Of a DNA stretch of 64,000 nucleotides, positions 1-9,937 are shown one piece after another (positions within the stretch are counted from its first letter, which is position 1; each line of letters starts with the position of its first letter). Under the pieces are notes generated by a model. It was given only the letters and a program-made list of their open reading frames with translations, was not told the origin of the DNA and ran no database searches. The DNA comes from Deltaproteobacteria bacterium (lineage in GTDB: Bacteria; Myxococcota; Kuafuiibacteriia; Kuafuiibacteriales; Kuafuiibacteriaceae), in NCBI GenBank assembly GCA_040218735.1, contig JAVJQW010000033.1, positions 32,001 to 96,000 of the forward strand. The letters are read 5' to 3'. The translations under genes and the position numbers were made by a program.

Positions 1-1105
1 CCGTCGCGCCGTCGACCTTGGGTTGGTCACCCGGCGCGGACGCATCCGCCACGACCGGGCCGGTCGGTGGCTTGGTCTTGTCCGGCTCGGGGCGCGGCCG
101 GCTCGAATCCGGGAGCGACTCGGGGCCCGTGCGATCGCTGCCGGCCTCGTACGTCCCGACCGGCGCCAACGTGCCGTCCCCGCCGACCCGCGCGGGCGGA
201 GGCGGAGGCTCCACCGGCTCGGTGCGCGTGGGCTCGAGGGTCTCGACCTCCGCCGCCGCCACCGTCTCGCCGCCCCCCGAACCGGGGACGATCGCGACGG
301 ACGGCAGACCGGAAGGGGACTTGTCGTCGAGCTTCGAAAGATAGGTGCGCGCGAGCGACGCGATCTGCGGGTTCGGGCTCTGCAGCGCCGCGACGAGGTG
401 CCGGTGCGCCGACCACACCCGCATCCGGTAGCGCGTGAATCGCACCGCGAGCGACGCCGTCTTGGGCGCGACGCGGTCGAGCGGCGGGAGGCGTTTGTTG
501 TCCTGCGTCGACAGCTTGGACAGGCCCTTCTGGCGGAGCATCCGCGCCGCCTTCTTCATGCGTGGCGCGTAGAACCGGTACCCCCAAAAGTCCGCCGTCA
601 GCTGCTCGGGCGTGGGGTTGGCCGGCCCGACGTCGAACCAGTGGGTGGTCTTCTCCTGGTGCGCGGTGTTCGCAAACCCGGTGCGCTCGACGAGCGACAG
701 CGTGACGCGCGCGCGCCCGCCCGACTTCGCGTTGGCCTCCGCGTGCACGACGTAGCGGAACGTGACCTTCTTCTTCGGACCCGCGTCGACGATCTCGAAC
801 TCGTCCATGCGCTGATGCACGACGATCCCGTCCGGCGCGACGATGCCCGTCACGAAGGCCTCGTAGTCGCGCGCCTTCTTCTTGATGCGGCTCGCGGGGA
901 CCTCGACGGTCCGTTCGACGATCAGCGTGCCGCCGGCTTCGAGCCTCATCTTGGCCGCGTAGGGCTCGATCGGAGCGAGGCGCTGCTTGATCGCCTCCTT
1001 CTCGGCGTCCGTGAGGGATTTGCCGGCCGCGGCCGCGGGGAGGAGCACCGCGCTCCCGAGTGCGATCATCGCCCAGAAACGGGGGTGAAAACGCCGGTCG
1101 CGCAA
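1..1105 (-). CDS. Hypothetical secreted protein, 3' end runs off the window; not in the ORF track
   Basis: Manual translation from TTG at 1105 (alternative ATG at 1069): MRDRRFHPRFWAMIALGSAVLLPAAAAGKSLTDAEKEAIKQRLAP... It is open to the window edge, with a signal-peptide-like N-terminus, typical GC3-rich codons and a Pro/Glu-rich linker. Confidence 0.75.
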   Translation of the reverse strand, partial: MRDRRFHPRFWAMIALGSAVLLPAAAAGKSLTDAEKEAIKQRLAPIEPYAAKMRLEAGGTLIVERTVEVPASRIKKKARDYEAFVTGIVAPDGIVVHQRMDEFEIVDAGPKKKVTFRYVVHAEANAKSGGRARVTLSLVERTGFANTAHQEKTTHWFDVGPANPTPEQLTADFWGYRFYAPRMKKAARMLRQKGLSKLSTQDNKRLPPLDRVAPKTASLAVRFTRYRMRVWSAHRHLVAALQSPNPQIASLARTYLSKLDDKSPSGLPSVAIVPGSGGGETVAAAEVETLEPTRTEPVEPPPPPARVGGDGTLAPVGTYEAGSDRTGPESLPDSSRPRPEPDKTKPPTGPVVADASAPGDQPKVDGAT

Positions 1106-1193
1106 AGTGTCGGGGATGGTAGCAGCGGCCCGAGACGGACCGCAACTCGCCGCGCTTGCCACTGAAACCCCCGGCAGGCATGAGGCGTTCGCG

Positions 1194-2714
1194 ATGAAGC
1201 TGTCGCTCTACACGGACGACCTGCGTGACGCGATGGCGGACGTCGTCGCCGTCGGCGTCTTCTCGGACGAGCCGGATCGGGGTCTCGCCTTCTCTGCGCT
1301 CAACCGCGGACTGGACGGTGCGCTCGAACGCGCCTGCCGTGACGAGTCCTTCAAGGGCAAGGCAGGGCAGACACTGACGTTCAACGTCGCCGGCGGCATC
1401 GCCGCGACGCGCGTGGTCGTCTTCGGGTTCGGGACGCGCAAACAGTATGGGCCCGAGCGTGCGCGCGCGTTCGCCGGTGCCGCCGCGCGGATCGCTTCGA
1501 AGGTCGGCGCCAAGAGCCTCGCCTTGCAGCTCACGGTCCCGGACGACGGCGCGTACGACGTCCTCGCGCTCGTCGGTGCGCTCGCGGAAGGCTCCGTCCT
1601 CGGACCGTACGTCTTCCGCGCGCACAAGACCGTCGACGCGGGCACCGACACCCTCACGGACGTGCGCATCGCATTCGTCGCCGAGGACGTGCAGGGCGTG
1701 AAGGGCACCGCGCTCCGCGGCGCGCTCAAGCGCGGACAGACACTCGCCGAGGCGGCCAACTTCTCCCGTGACCTCGTGAACGCGCCGCCGAACGTGCTCA
1801 CGCCGGTCGAGCTCGCCGATCGTTTGAAGCGAATGGCGAAGACCGCGGGCCTGTCCTGCAAGATCCTCAGCATGCGCGACCTCGATCGCCAGGGGATGCA
1901 CCTGCACCTCGGCGTCGCGCGCGGGAGCACGAACGAGCCGCGCCTGATCCACCTGACGTACACGCCGGAGGCGAAGACGGATCGCTCCGTCGCGCTCGTC
2001 GGCAAGGGCCTCACGTTCGACGCGGGCGGGCTGTCGCTCAAGACCTCGGACGGGATGCTCGAGATGAAGTCGGACATGGGCGGCGCCGCCGCCGTGGCCG
2101 GCGCGATGATGGCGATCGCCGAGCTGAAACCGGAGTGTGTGGTGCACGGGATCGTCGGCGCCGCGGAGAACATGCCCGACGGCAACGCGATCCGCCCGAG
2201 CGACGTGCTCACCTCGAAGCGCGGTCTCACCGTCGAGGTGATCAACACCGACGCCGAAGGGCGCCTCGTCCTCGCCGACGCGATCGCGTACGCGCAGGAC
2301 CAGAAGGTCGAGGAGCTCATCGACGTCGCCACCCTCACCGGCGCGTGCATGGTCGCGCTCGGCAAGCTGACGGCTGGCGCGTTCGTGAACGACGAGCGCA
2401 TGGCGACGCGCCTCGAGCAGGCGTGGAAGAACAGCGGCGAATCGTTCTGGCGGATGCCGCTCGACCCACAGCTCGACGCTCAGCTCGACAGCGACGTCGC
2501 CGATGTGAAGAACCTCGGCGAGCGCTGGGGCGGCGCGATCACCGCCGCGCTGTTCCTGCAACGTTTCGTCGAGCGGCCCTGCGCGTGGGCGCACCTCGAC
2601 ATCGCAGGCCCCGTGCTCTCGGCCGAGGCCGTCGACCACCGCCCGAAGGGCGCGACCGGCTTCGGGGCGCGCACGCTCGCCGAGTACGTGATGATTCCGA
2701 AGAAGAGGACCTGA
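1194..2714 (+). CDS. pepA: Leucyl aminopeptidase (M17)
   Basis: Motifs VGKGLTFDAGG, MKSDMGGAA, NTDAEGRLVLAD, DVATLTGAC, WAHLDIAG. Confidence 0.96.
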   Translation: MKLSLYTDDLRDAMADVVAVGVFSDEPDRGLAFSALNRGLDGALERACRDESFKGKAGQTLTFNVAGGIAATRVVVFGFGTRKQYGPERARAFAGAAARIASKVGAKSLALQLTVPDDGAYDVLALVGALAEGSVLGPYVFRAHKTVDAGTDTLTDVRIAFVAEDVQGVKGTALRGALKRGQTLAEAANFSRDLVNAPPNVLTPVELADRLKRMAKTAGLSCKILSMRDLDRQGMHLHLGVARGSTNEPRLIHLTYTPEAKTDRSVALVGKGLTFDAGGLSLKTSDGMLEMKSDMGGAAAVAGAMMAIAELKPECVVHGIVGAAENMPDGNAIRPSDVLTSKRGLTVEVINTDAEGRLVLADAIAYAQDQKVEELIDVATLTGACMVALGKLTAGAFVNDERMATRLEQAWKNSGESFWRMPLDPQLDAQLDSDVADVKNLGERWGGAITAALFLQRFVERPCAWAHLDIAGPVLSAEAVDHRPKGATGFGARTLAEYVMIPKKRT

Positions 2715-2723
2715 AGCACCGTT

Positions 2724-4442
2724 TTGTCCGAGCTCGGCCCCCTCCTCACCTTCGCGATTGTCCTCACGATCGGCCTCCTGGGAGGGGAGGCGGCGGCGCG
2801 TGCGCGGATGCCGCGCGTCACCGGGTGGATCCTGACGGGCGTCGTCCTTCGCGCGGTCGAGCTTCCGATACTCGCGCCGGATCGCCTCGCGGCGTTCGGT
2901 CCCTTCTCGCAGCTGGTGCTCGGGTACATCGCGTTCACCGTCGGCTCGCACCTGCACATCCGCAGCCTGATCAACGCCCACAAACGGCTCGTGCTCCTGG
3001 TGCTGACGGAGATGATCGTCACGCCGCTCGTCGTGTTGGCGGCGATGCGTTTCATCGGGGACGTCAGCCTCGAAGAGAGCCTCCTGTTCGCCGCGATCGC
3101 CGTCGCGGGAGCGCCCGGCACCACCGTGATCGTGATCCGCGAAGCGCGCGCGCGGGGGGTCTTCGTGAAGACACTCATCGCCGCCGTCGCGCTCATCGAC
3201 ATGGTCGCGGTGTGTTTCTTCGTGATCGTCGAAGAGGAGCTGAAGGCCGGCCCCGCGAGTTACAGCTTGCTCGTGAACGGGTTGCCCGCGGTGTTGCGGA
3301 CCGTCGCGATCGCCGTCGGCGTGGGGCTCGGTGCGGCCGGGGTCTCGATCGCGATGACCCGTGCGATCGTCGGGCCTCGGTTGCTCGGTGCTTCACTCGT
3401 TGCGTCGATCCTCCTCGCGTGGGGCGTCGCGGAGTGGGCGGGGGTGTCGAGCATCCTCGCGGTCACGTTCCTCGGCGTCGCGCTCGCCAACCTCATCACC
3501 GACAAGGAGCGCGCGGGCGAGGCGTACCTCAACACCTACGGGAGTGTGTTGTTCACCGCGTTCTACACGTTCGCCGGGCTGCGGCTGAACTTCACGCACG
3601 TCCTCCCGCTCGCCGCGTTGATCGCGGTGTTCTTCGTCGGCCGCCTCGTCGCGAAGTGGATGTCGGCGTACCTCGCGATGACACTCGCACAGGCGCCGAA
3701 ACACGTGCGCTACCTCCTCGGCCCGGCGCTCCTCCCGCACGGCGGCGTCGCGGTGGGGCTGATCATCGCGGTGCAGGCGGATCCGAACCTCGCCGCCTAC
3801 GGGGACAACATCCTGACCGTCGGGTTGTCGGCGCTCGCGATCAACCAGCTCATCGGACCGTCGGCGACGCGGTGGGCATTGTTCAAGGCGAACGAGGCCG
3901 GGCTCGATCGACCGCGGCTCCTCGACTTCATCCGCGAGCAGGACATCCTCGTGGGCCTGCGGAACAAGTCACCGAAGGCGGCGCTCGAGCGGTTGTCGCT
4001 GCACCTCTTCAAGACCCACGATCTGAGCGCCGACCGGGAGACCTTCCTGAAGGGGCTCCTCGAGCGGGAGGAGGAGGCTTGGTACCTCGGCGAGGGGCTC
4101 GCGATTCCGCACCAACGCATCGACATGGGTGAGGACATGGCGGGGGTGATCGGCCTGTCGAAGGAGGGCTTCGACTGGGACACGCCGGACGGGAAGAAGG
4201 TCCACGCGATCGTGTTGCTGGCGAGCCCGACGAACCAGCGCGATCGGCACTTGGAAGTCATCGCCGCGTTCGCGCGGATCGTGTCGCGCGAGGCGAGCCT
4301 GCGCGACCAGTTCTATCACGCCAGCTCTGCGGCCCACGCGTACAACATCCTGCACGCGGAGGACGTCGCGGAGTTCAACTACTTCCTCGACGAAGCGCTG
4401 GACGAAGACGACGAGACGACGTCGGCGCGCGAAGCCACCTGA
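2724..4442 (+). CDS. CPA2-type cation:proton antiporter fused to a C-terminal PTS EIIA (Fru/Ntr-type) domain
   Basis: About 12 hydrophobic helices followed by LLEREEE...GEGLAIPH...FDWDTPDGKKVHAIVLLASP, an EIIA_2 signature with the phospho-His retained. Confidence 0.85.
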   Translation: MSELGPLLTFAIVLTIGLLGGEAAARARMPRVTGWILTGVVLRAVELPILAPDRLAAFGPFSQLVLGYIAFTVGSHLHIRSLINAHKRLVLLVLTEMIVTPLVVLAAMRFIGDVSLEESLLFAAIAVAGAPGTTVIVIREARARGVFVKTLIAAVALIDMVAVCFFVIVEEELKAGPASYSLLVNGLPAVLRTVAIAVGVGLGAAGVSIAMTRAIVGPRLLGASLVASILLAWGVAEWAGVSSILAVTFLGVALANLITDKERAGEAYLNTYGSVLFTAFYTFAGLRLNFTHVLPLAALIAVFFVGRLVAKWMSAYLAMTLAQAPKHVRYLLGPALLPHGGVAVGLIIAVQADPNLAAYGDNILTVGLSALAINQLIGPSATRWALFKANEAGLDRPRLLDFIREQDILVGLRNKSPKAALERLSLHLFKTHDLSADRETFLKGLLEREEEAWYLGEGLAIPHQRIDMGEDMAGVIGLSKEGFDWDTPDGKKVHAIVLLASPTNQRDRHLEVIAAFARIVSREASLRDQFYHASSAAHAYNILHAEDVAEFNYFLDEALDEDDETTSAREAT

Positions 4443-5890
4443 CTCGGCCGGTTCGCGTAGCGGTCCGAGATCGCGGCGAACACCGCGAAGAGGATGATGT
4501 AGCGCGACGTCAGGAGCGTCGCCTGGAGCTGGGACACGGCGATCATCCCCAGCGTTCCCGCCAGGAGCGCGCTCGGGATCCACAGGCGTTCGACCGCGCC
4601 GCGCGCCGCGAAGATCGCGCGGGCCTGGAGCCACAAAATCGCGAGGAGGAGCCACGCCGCGGCGAGGAAACCGAGGGTCCCCGCTTTCACGAGGACGGTG
4701 AGCGGGGCGTTGTCGACGGCGGGTTGGTAGCCCTTCTTCCGGGTGCTACCGGGGCCGCCGAGCTGGTTGGCCCAAGGCACGCGCAGGAGCGCGCCCATGC
4801 CGTGACCGAAGGTGGGCGAAACGGCCGCGTCCTCGAACGCAAAGCGGTAGGAGCGGACGCGGCCCTTGAGCGAGACGTCCTTCTTCGTGGGGTCGGACGA
4901 GAGGGCGGAGAAGCGGCGAGCGACGTCCGAGTCGGCGACCGTCACGGCCGGTCGCGGTCGCGCGGTCTCGATCGCCTGGTAGCCGACCGCCGCGACCACG
5001 ACCGCGGCGACCATTGCCGACACGGGCCGCCACCAGCGGCCACGGTTGCGGCTCGTGAGGACGAGGACACCGGCGGTGAGGAGCGCGACCGCCGGGACCA
5101 GCACGATGAGCGAGCGGGTGATCGAGACCCACGTCGCCCAGATGAGCAGCGGCGCCGGCGCGGCGCGCAGGAAGCGGCTCGCCAGCGAGCGCCCCGCGAT
5201 CGCGTAACCGGTGACGAGGGGCAGCACCGTCACGAACACGAAGTGGTTGTGAAAGTAGATGCGCGCGCTGCCGCGCCAGTGATCGAGGATGACGGAGCGC
5301 GGCCACGTCGTGTCCGGGAGCGTTGACACCACACACGCCGCCACGGCGTAGAGCAGCGACCCCGCGACGATCACGCCGAGCGCAGCGCGGATCCGGCGCT
5401 CCGTCGACAACTCGACCCACGCGACGGGGAGCATCAGCCAGAGCGCGGCGTTGCGCAGGTCGCGGAACAGATCCCAGGTCGCGTGGCCGTTCACGACGCC
5501 GACGAACACCGACAGCGTAATCGCGAAGACGACGGCGAGGATCGGGGGCGCCAGCGACATGTGGCCGCGGAGCCGGTCGAGGCGGAAACGTTCGAGCGCC
5601 CAACGACCGAACCACGCGGCGAGGGAGCCCCAGTAGAGGAGGTCGATCGGGTGCAGCGGCACGCCGAGCTTCTTGCGGAACCACAGGTCGCCGAGGTTCC
5701 CGTGCGGTACGAGCGCGACGACGAACCACAGCAACAGGAGCAGCGCGAAGGGGCGTTTGAGCGCGAGCGTCAATCCCAGCGGGACGATGACGATCGCGGG
5801 CAGCACGGGCGCGCCGAAGCGAACGACCAGGACCGCGCCGACGAGCGCGAGCAACGCGCAGCCGACCGCCATCCACGCCGTTCGCGACAC
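4379..5890 (-). CDS. O-antigen ligase/polymerase-like (Wzy_C) membrane protein
   Basis: Polytopic protein with SITRS, SLKGRVRSY...SPTFGHGMG and DNAPLTVLVKAGTLG segments; sits in a polysaccharide cluster. Confidence 0.75.
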   Translation of the reverse strand: MSRTAWMAVGCALLALVGAVLVVRFGAPVLPAIVIVPLGLTLALKRPFALLLLLWFVVALVPHGNLGDLWFRKKLGVPLHPIDLLYWGSLAAWFGRWALERFRLDRLRGHMSLAPPILAVVFAITLSVFVGVVNGHATWDLFRDLRNAALWLMLPVAWVELSTERRIRAALGVIVAGSLLYAVAACVVSTLPDTTWPRSVILDHWRGSARIYFHNHFVFVTVLPLVTGYAIAGRSLASRFLRAAPAPLLIWATWVSITRSLIVLVPAVALLTAGVLVLTSRNRGRWWRPVSAMVAAVVVAAVGYQAIETARPRPAVTVADSDVARRFSALSSDPTKKDVSLKGRVRSYRFAFEDAAVSPTFGHGMGALLRVPWANQLGGPGSTRKKGYQPAVDNAPLTVLVKAGTLGFLAAAWLLLAILWLQARAIFAARGAVERLWIPSALLAGTLGMIAVSQLQATLLTSRYIILFAVFAAISDRYANRPSQVASRADVVSSSSSSASSRK

Positions 5891-5927
5891 GCGCCTCGCG
5901 TTAGCGCGCGCGCGTGGCGTGTGTCCA

Positions 5928-6632
5928 TCACCCGGCGGGGCGTCGCGCGACCAGGCCGATCGAGAGCTGCAGCGGATCGAACAGCGACCAGCGCGACGGA
6001 TCCGCGCCGAACCGCTTCGCGAGCATGTCGAGGCGCGTCAGGCCCCGGAGGTGTCCGAGGTGTTCGCCGTACCAGTCGTCGACGATCTCCAATCCGGCGG
6101 CGGTCATCGCGTGACGCCAGGTGTCGGGCGGCGCGACGGAGATGTGGCCAGGGTTTCGGTCGGGGATGCCGAACACGGGGAGGCGACGGAGCGCGTAGCC
6201 CAGACCGTCGTTCGGGGTGGTCATCATCAGGACGCCACCGGGGGTGAGGAGGCGCTTGGCGTGGTCGATGCCGAGGCGCGGCGACTCGAGGTGTTCGAGC
6301 ACGTCGAACATCGCGATGACGTCGAAGCTTTCGTCCTCGAACGGCCACGGCTCGGCGGCGTTGCCGACGAGGACGGTGTCCTCACCGAGGTGGGTGTTGG
6401 CGCGCGCGGCGAGGGAGCTCTCCAGCTCGAGGCCGCGGACCTGCATCCCGCGTTCGCGCGCGGCGAGGAGGAACGCACCGTAGGCGACGCCGACCTCGAG
6501 GAGGCGGCGCCCCGCGAGGCCTTGGAGCGCGCGCTCGATGCGGTCGAGCCGGCGCCGGTTCTTCTCGTCCTCGTACGCGGTGTTGCGCCCGAAGTACGCG
6601 TCCTCGTCGTGGCTCAGGTGGCGCGTCACCAT
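5928..6632 (-). CDS. Class I SAM-dependent methyltransferase
   Basis: LLEVGVAYGAF motif I, FDVIAMFDVLEHL, LTPGGVLMMTTPN. Confidence 0.9.
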   Translation of the reverse strand: MVTRHLSHDEDAYFGRNTAYEDEKNRRRLDRIERALQGLAGRRLLEVGVAYGAFLLAARERGMQVRGLELESSLAARANTHLGEDTVLVGNAAEPWPFEDESFDVIAMFDVLEHLESPRLGIDHAKRLLTPGGVLMMTTPNDGLGYALRRLPVFGIPDRNPGHISVAPPDTWRHAMTAAGLEIVDDWYGEHLGHLRGLTRLDMLAKRFGADPSRWSLFDPLQLSIGLVARRPAG

Positions 6633-6738
6633 GGCTCGCGGAAGCTGGCACGGTGAGATCGGGCCTCGCAACGTCGCGTTGACACACGAGGCCCGATTTC
6701 ATTAGCGTCCGCCCGCTCTGAACGATTCCCCGCCGCTC

Positions 6739-7542
6739 TTGGAGCCCCCTGCGCCCACCGATGGGGGGATAGGGTGGCTGGTCGCCGCTGTCTGGCGCCG
6801 CCGCTACCTCGTCGCCCTCGGGTCCCTCTTGTGCGGGATCGCCGCGGGTGGCCTGTCCATGCTGCGACCGAAGACGACGCAGGCCGTCGTCCAGATTCGT
6901 ATGGGGGCGATCGCGCCGATCGGGTTCGTCGAACAGGGCGAGGAGATCGTGCAACGCCTCTCGTCGCTGTCGTCGGCGCTCGACCTCGCTCAGATGAAAC
7001 CCGCGGACGCGGCCACGGCGGCGGGTGTCGACAGGAAGGACCTCCGCGCGGTGCTGGCGCTGAGCGCGACGGTGCATGGCCAGGGGCGGCTCGTTCAGTT
7101 CGTGGTCGAGGCGCCGAACGAGGAGCTCGCGCGCAAGGTCGCGCTGCAGGCGTCGCAGCAGCTCAAAGAGGAGCACGACGCGATCTTCGACACCACGCAC
7201 AAGGAGAACCTCGCGCGCATCCAGCAGCTCGAAGAGATCCTGGAGCGCATGAAGAAGGACGAGGCCGCGGTGGCGCGGAGTCCGGAGGTGGCGCCCGAGG
7301 TCGGTCGGTGGACCGCAGTGGCGCAGCTCGCGAAGGACATCTCGTCGCTCAAGGAGGCGAACCTCCCGCCCAAGGCGTTCCGCACGCGCATCATCGCGGG
7401 TCCGGACGTGAAGCCTTCGCACAAGGGGCCGTCGCGGATCCTGACGGTGTTGTTCGGCCTGTTCACGGGCGCGGTGCTCGCGCTGATCCTGATCGTGGCG
7501 GCCGAGTCGGCGGCGCCGTACCTCGAAGCGAAAGAACGATAG
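6739..7542 (+). CDS. Wzz-like polysaccharide chain-length determinant
   Basis: N-terminal TM after WRRR, coiled-coil periplasmic region, Pro-rich PSHKGPSR segment before the C-terminal TM. Confidence 0.7.
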   Translation: MEPPAPTDGGIGWLVAAVWRRRYLVALGSLLCGIAAGGLSMLRPKTTQAVVQIRMGAIAPIGFVEQGEEIVQRLSSLSSALDLAQMKPADAATAAGVDRKDLRAVLALSATVHGQGRLVQFVVEAPNEELARKVALQASQQLKEEHDAIFDTTHKENLARIQQLEEILERMKKDEAAVARSPEVAPEVGRWTAVAQLAKDISSLKEANLPPKAFRTRIIAGPDVKPSHKGPSRILTVLFGLFTGAVLALILIVAAESAAPYLEAKER

Positions 7543-7551
7543 GCACTGGCC

Positions 7552-8721
7552 ATGCGCGTCGGGATGATCCTCGACAAGGAGTATCCGCCCGACGTTCGGG
7601 TGCGTCGTGAAGCGCGCGCGCTCGTGGCGGCGGGGCACGAGGTGCTGCTCGTCGCGCGGAACCGCAAGGGGGCCGCGCGGGAGGAGACGATCGACGGCGT
7701 GCGGGTGCTGCGACTTCCTCCGCTCGACTTCGCGGGGCCGCGCGCGGCGCGCTGGATGAGTTTGCCCGTGCCGGTGAACCCGTTCTACCTCGCGGCGATC
7801 ACGCGGCTCGTGCACGAGGAGAACGTCGACGTCCTGCACGTGCACGACCTCCCGTTGGTCGTCGGTGCGGCTGCGATCGCGAAGACACGCGGGGTGCCGG
7901 TCGTGTTCGATCTGCACGAGGACTACCCATCGATGATCGCGGACGAGGTGAGCTCGCGCGCGGGGAAGATCATCTTCCGTCGGCTGCGTGCGTTGCATCA
8001 GCTGGAGCGGGTGAGTTTGGCGGCGGCGGATCACTGCCTGGTGGTGGTCGAGGAGCAGCGGCAGCGTTTGATCGGATTGGGGGTGCCGCCCGACCAGGTG
8101 ACGGTGGTGCCGAACGTCCTGGACCTGTCGGACCTCCCGCCGGCGCCCGAGTACGTGGAGCCGACGGAGGAGGTCGTGTTCCTGTACACGGGCATCTTCG
8201 GGCCGACGCGCGGGCTCTCGCAGCTGCTCGACGCGTTGGCGAAGTGGCCCGCGGAGCCCGCGGTGCGGGTCGTGTTGGTCGGTGACGGCGAGGAGCGCGA
8301 GCCCCTGGAGCGCCAGGCGCGTTCGTTGGGGTTGTCGGACCGCGTGACGTTCGCGGGGTGGCAGCCGCACGACAAGTTGGGTGAGTTCATGGCGGCGGCG
8401 GACGTGGGTTTGATTCCGCACGTGAAGACGCCCCACGTCGAGACGACGATGCCCAACAAGATTTATGAGTTCCTCGCGTATGGGTTGCCGGTGGTGACCT
8501 CCGACGCGGCGCCGCTCGCGCGACTGGTGAACGAAGCGGAGTGTGGGATCTCGGTCGACGTCGAGGACCCGGAGGCGTTTGCGAAGGCGTTGTTCACGAT
8601 GGCCTCCGACACCGACCTTCGGCTGAAGTACAGCGACGCCGGGCGTCGGTACGTCGTGAACCGCCACAACTGGTCGAAGCTCGGCGCGCCCGCGTTGCTC
8701 GGCGCGTACGCTACTCTGTAA
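7552..8721 (+). CDS. Glycosyltransferase family 4
   Basis: YPPDVRVRREARAL, VFDLHEDY, MPNKIYEFLAYGLPVVTSD (GT-B motif). Confidence 0.92.
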   Translation: MRVGMILDKEYPPDVRVRREARALVAAGHEVLLVARNRKGAAREETIDGVRVLRLPPLDFAGPRAARWMSLPVPVNPFYLAAITRLVHEENVDVLHVHDLPLVVGAAAIAKTRGVPVVFDLHEDYPSMIADEVSSRAGKIIFRRLRALHQLERVSLAAADHCLVVVEEQRQRLIGLGVPPDQVTVVPNVLDLSDLPPAPEYVEPTEEVVFLYTGIFGPTRGLSQLLDALAKWPAEPAVRVVLVGDGEEREPLERQARSLGLSDRVTFAGWQPHDKLGEFMAAADVGLIPHVKTPHVETTMPNKIYEFLAYGLPVVTSDAAPLARLVNEAECGISVDVEDPEAFAKALFTMASDTDLRLKYSDAGRRYVVNRHNWSKLGAPALLGAYATL

Positions 8722-8724
8722 CTC

Positions 8725-9927
8725 ATGCGAGGTGCGCTGAGCACGAGCGCGGGGGTCGGCGTGGTGATGGTCGCCGCGGCGCTGTCGCAGTTCTTCGCGA
8801 TGATCCTGCTGGGGCGCACGTCTGAGGCTGCGCTCGGACAGGTGTCGCTCGTGCTGTCGACCGCGACGGTGGTCGGGACGTTTGCGTTGGTCGGGCAGTC
8901 CAACGCCTTCGCGCGGATCCTGGCGCGTGGCGATGCGGCCCAGCTTGCGTGGCCGGTGCAGCTGCGACGCGCGCTGCTCGAGTCCGTCGTGCTGTCGGCG
9001 GCGATGGGGTTGGTCGCGTCGTGGGCGCTGTCGATGTCGTGGATGGCGACCGGCGTGGTGGTCGTCGCGGCGGCGGGGCTGGCGGTGTCGGAGCTCGTGG
9101 CGTCGGGCGTGCTGCGGCCGCTGGGGAAGTTCTTCTCCGCGTCGTTGCTCCTGCGGTTCTGGTCGTTGGCGTTGGGGCTCGCGGTGGTCGGGCTGTTCTT
9201 GGCGGAGGGGCTGACCAAGGACTCCTCGCTGTTGGCGTTCGGCGCGGTGGCGGGCGTCGGGGTGGTGCTCGGCCCTCTGGCTTTGATCCGCGCGCCTTCC
9301 GGGGAGGAGCCGCTGCCGTCGACGTGGCGGCGTACGGGCTTCATGTTCTGGTCGATCCAGCTGTGCCTGATCGCGACGCGGCACCTGGATAGGTTGGTGC
9401 TCGGCGGCGTGCTCGGCGAAGAGACGCTCGCGAAGTACCAGGCGGTGCTGACGCTGTTGATGGCGTTCGATCTCGCGTCGACCGCGCTCGGGTTCGTGTT
9501 GTTGCCGAAGCTCGCGCGCACGGCGCGCGTGAACGCGCCGCGGCTGGGGTCGATGGTGGGCGCGGTCGCGGCCGCGGGCGTGGTGGGTTATCTGCTGCTG
9601 GCGGAGCCGGTGCTGCACTGGGCCTACGACGGCCACTTCGACGACTCGGCTTTTTTGATCTCGTGGTTCGTGGCGGCGGGTGTGCTGAAGGTGATCTACG
9701 CGCTGCCCTCGGCGCTCTTGGGCGGCCGCACGAGTGACCGCGCGCTGGCGTGGTTCGCGGGGCTCAACGTTCCGCTGGTGGTGGTGCATGCCACGTTGAC
9801 GGCGTACCTGGCGCACGTCGACGGCGTGCGGGGGGCGGCGATCGCGCTGGTGATCGCGTGGGGGCTGCGGTTGGTGGTGTCGATCGGGTTGGTGTGGCGG
9901 TTCTGGGAACCGGAGCGGGTGAGTTAG
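8725..9927 (+). CDS. Wzx-like oligosaccharide flippase
   Basis: About 12 TM helices; HLDRLVLGGVLGEETLAKYQ is typical of MOP flippases; coupled to the GT4 gene. Confidence 0.7.
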   Translation: MRGALSTSAGVGVVMVAAALSQFFAMILLGRTSEAALGQVSLVLSTATVVGTFALVGQSNAFARILARGDAAQLAWPVQLRRALLESVVLSAAMGLVASWALSMSWMATGVVVVAAAGLAVSELVASGVLRPLGKFFSASLLLRFWSLALGLAVVGLFLAEGLTKDSSLLAFGAVAGVGVVLGPLALIRAPSGEEPLPSTWRRTGFMFWSIQLCLIATRHLDRLVLGGVLGEETLAKYQAVLTLLMAFDLASTALGFVLLPKLARTARVNAPRLGSMVGAVAAAGVVGYLLLAEPVLHWAYDGHFDDSAFLISWFVAAGVLKVIYALPSALLGGRTSDRALAWFAGLNVPLVVVHATLTAYLAHVDGVRGAAIALVIAWGLRLVVSIGLVWRFWEPERVS

Positions 9928-9937
9928 GGTTCGGTCG

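Noticed and set aside
4379-4442. 64-nt tail-to-tail overlap (and a 26-nt one at 24248-24273) as antisense regulation
   Set aside because: Short convergent overlaps are common in stop-poor high-GC genomes.
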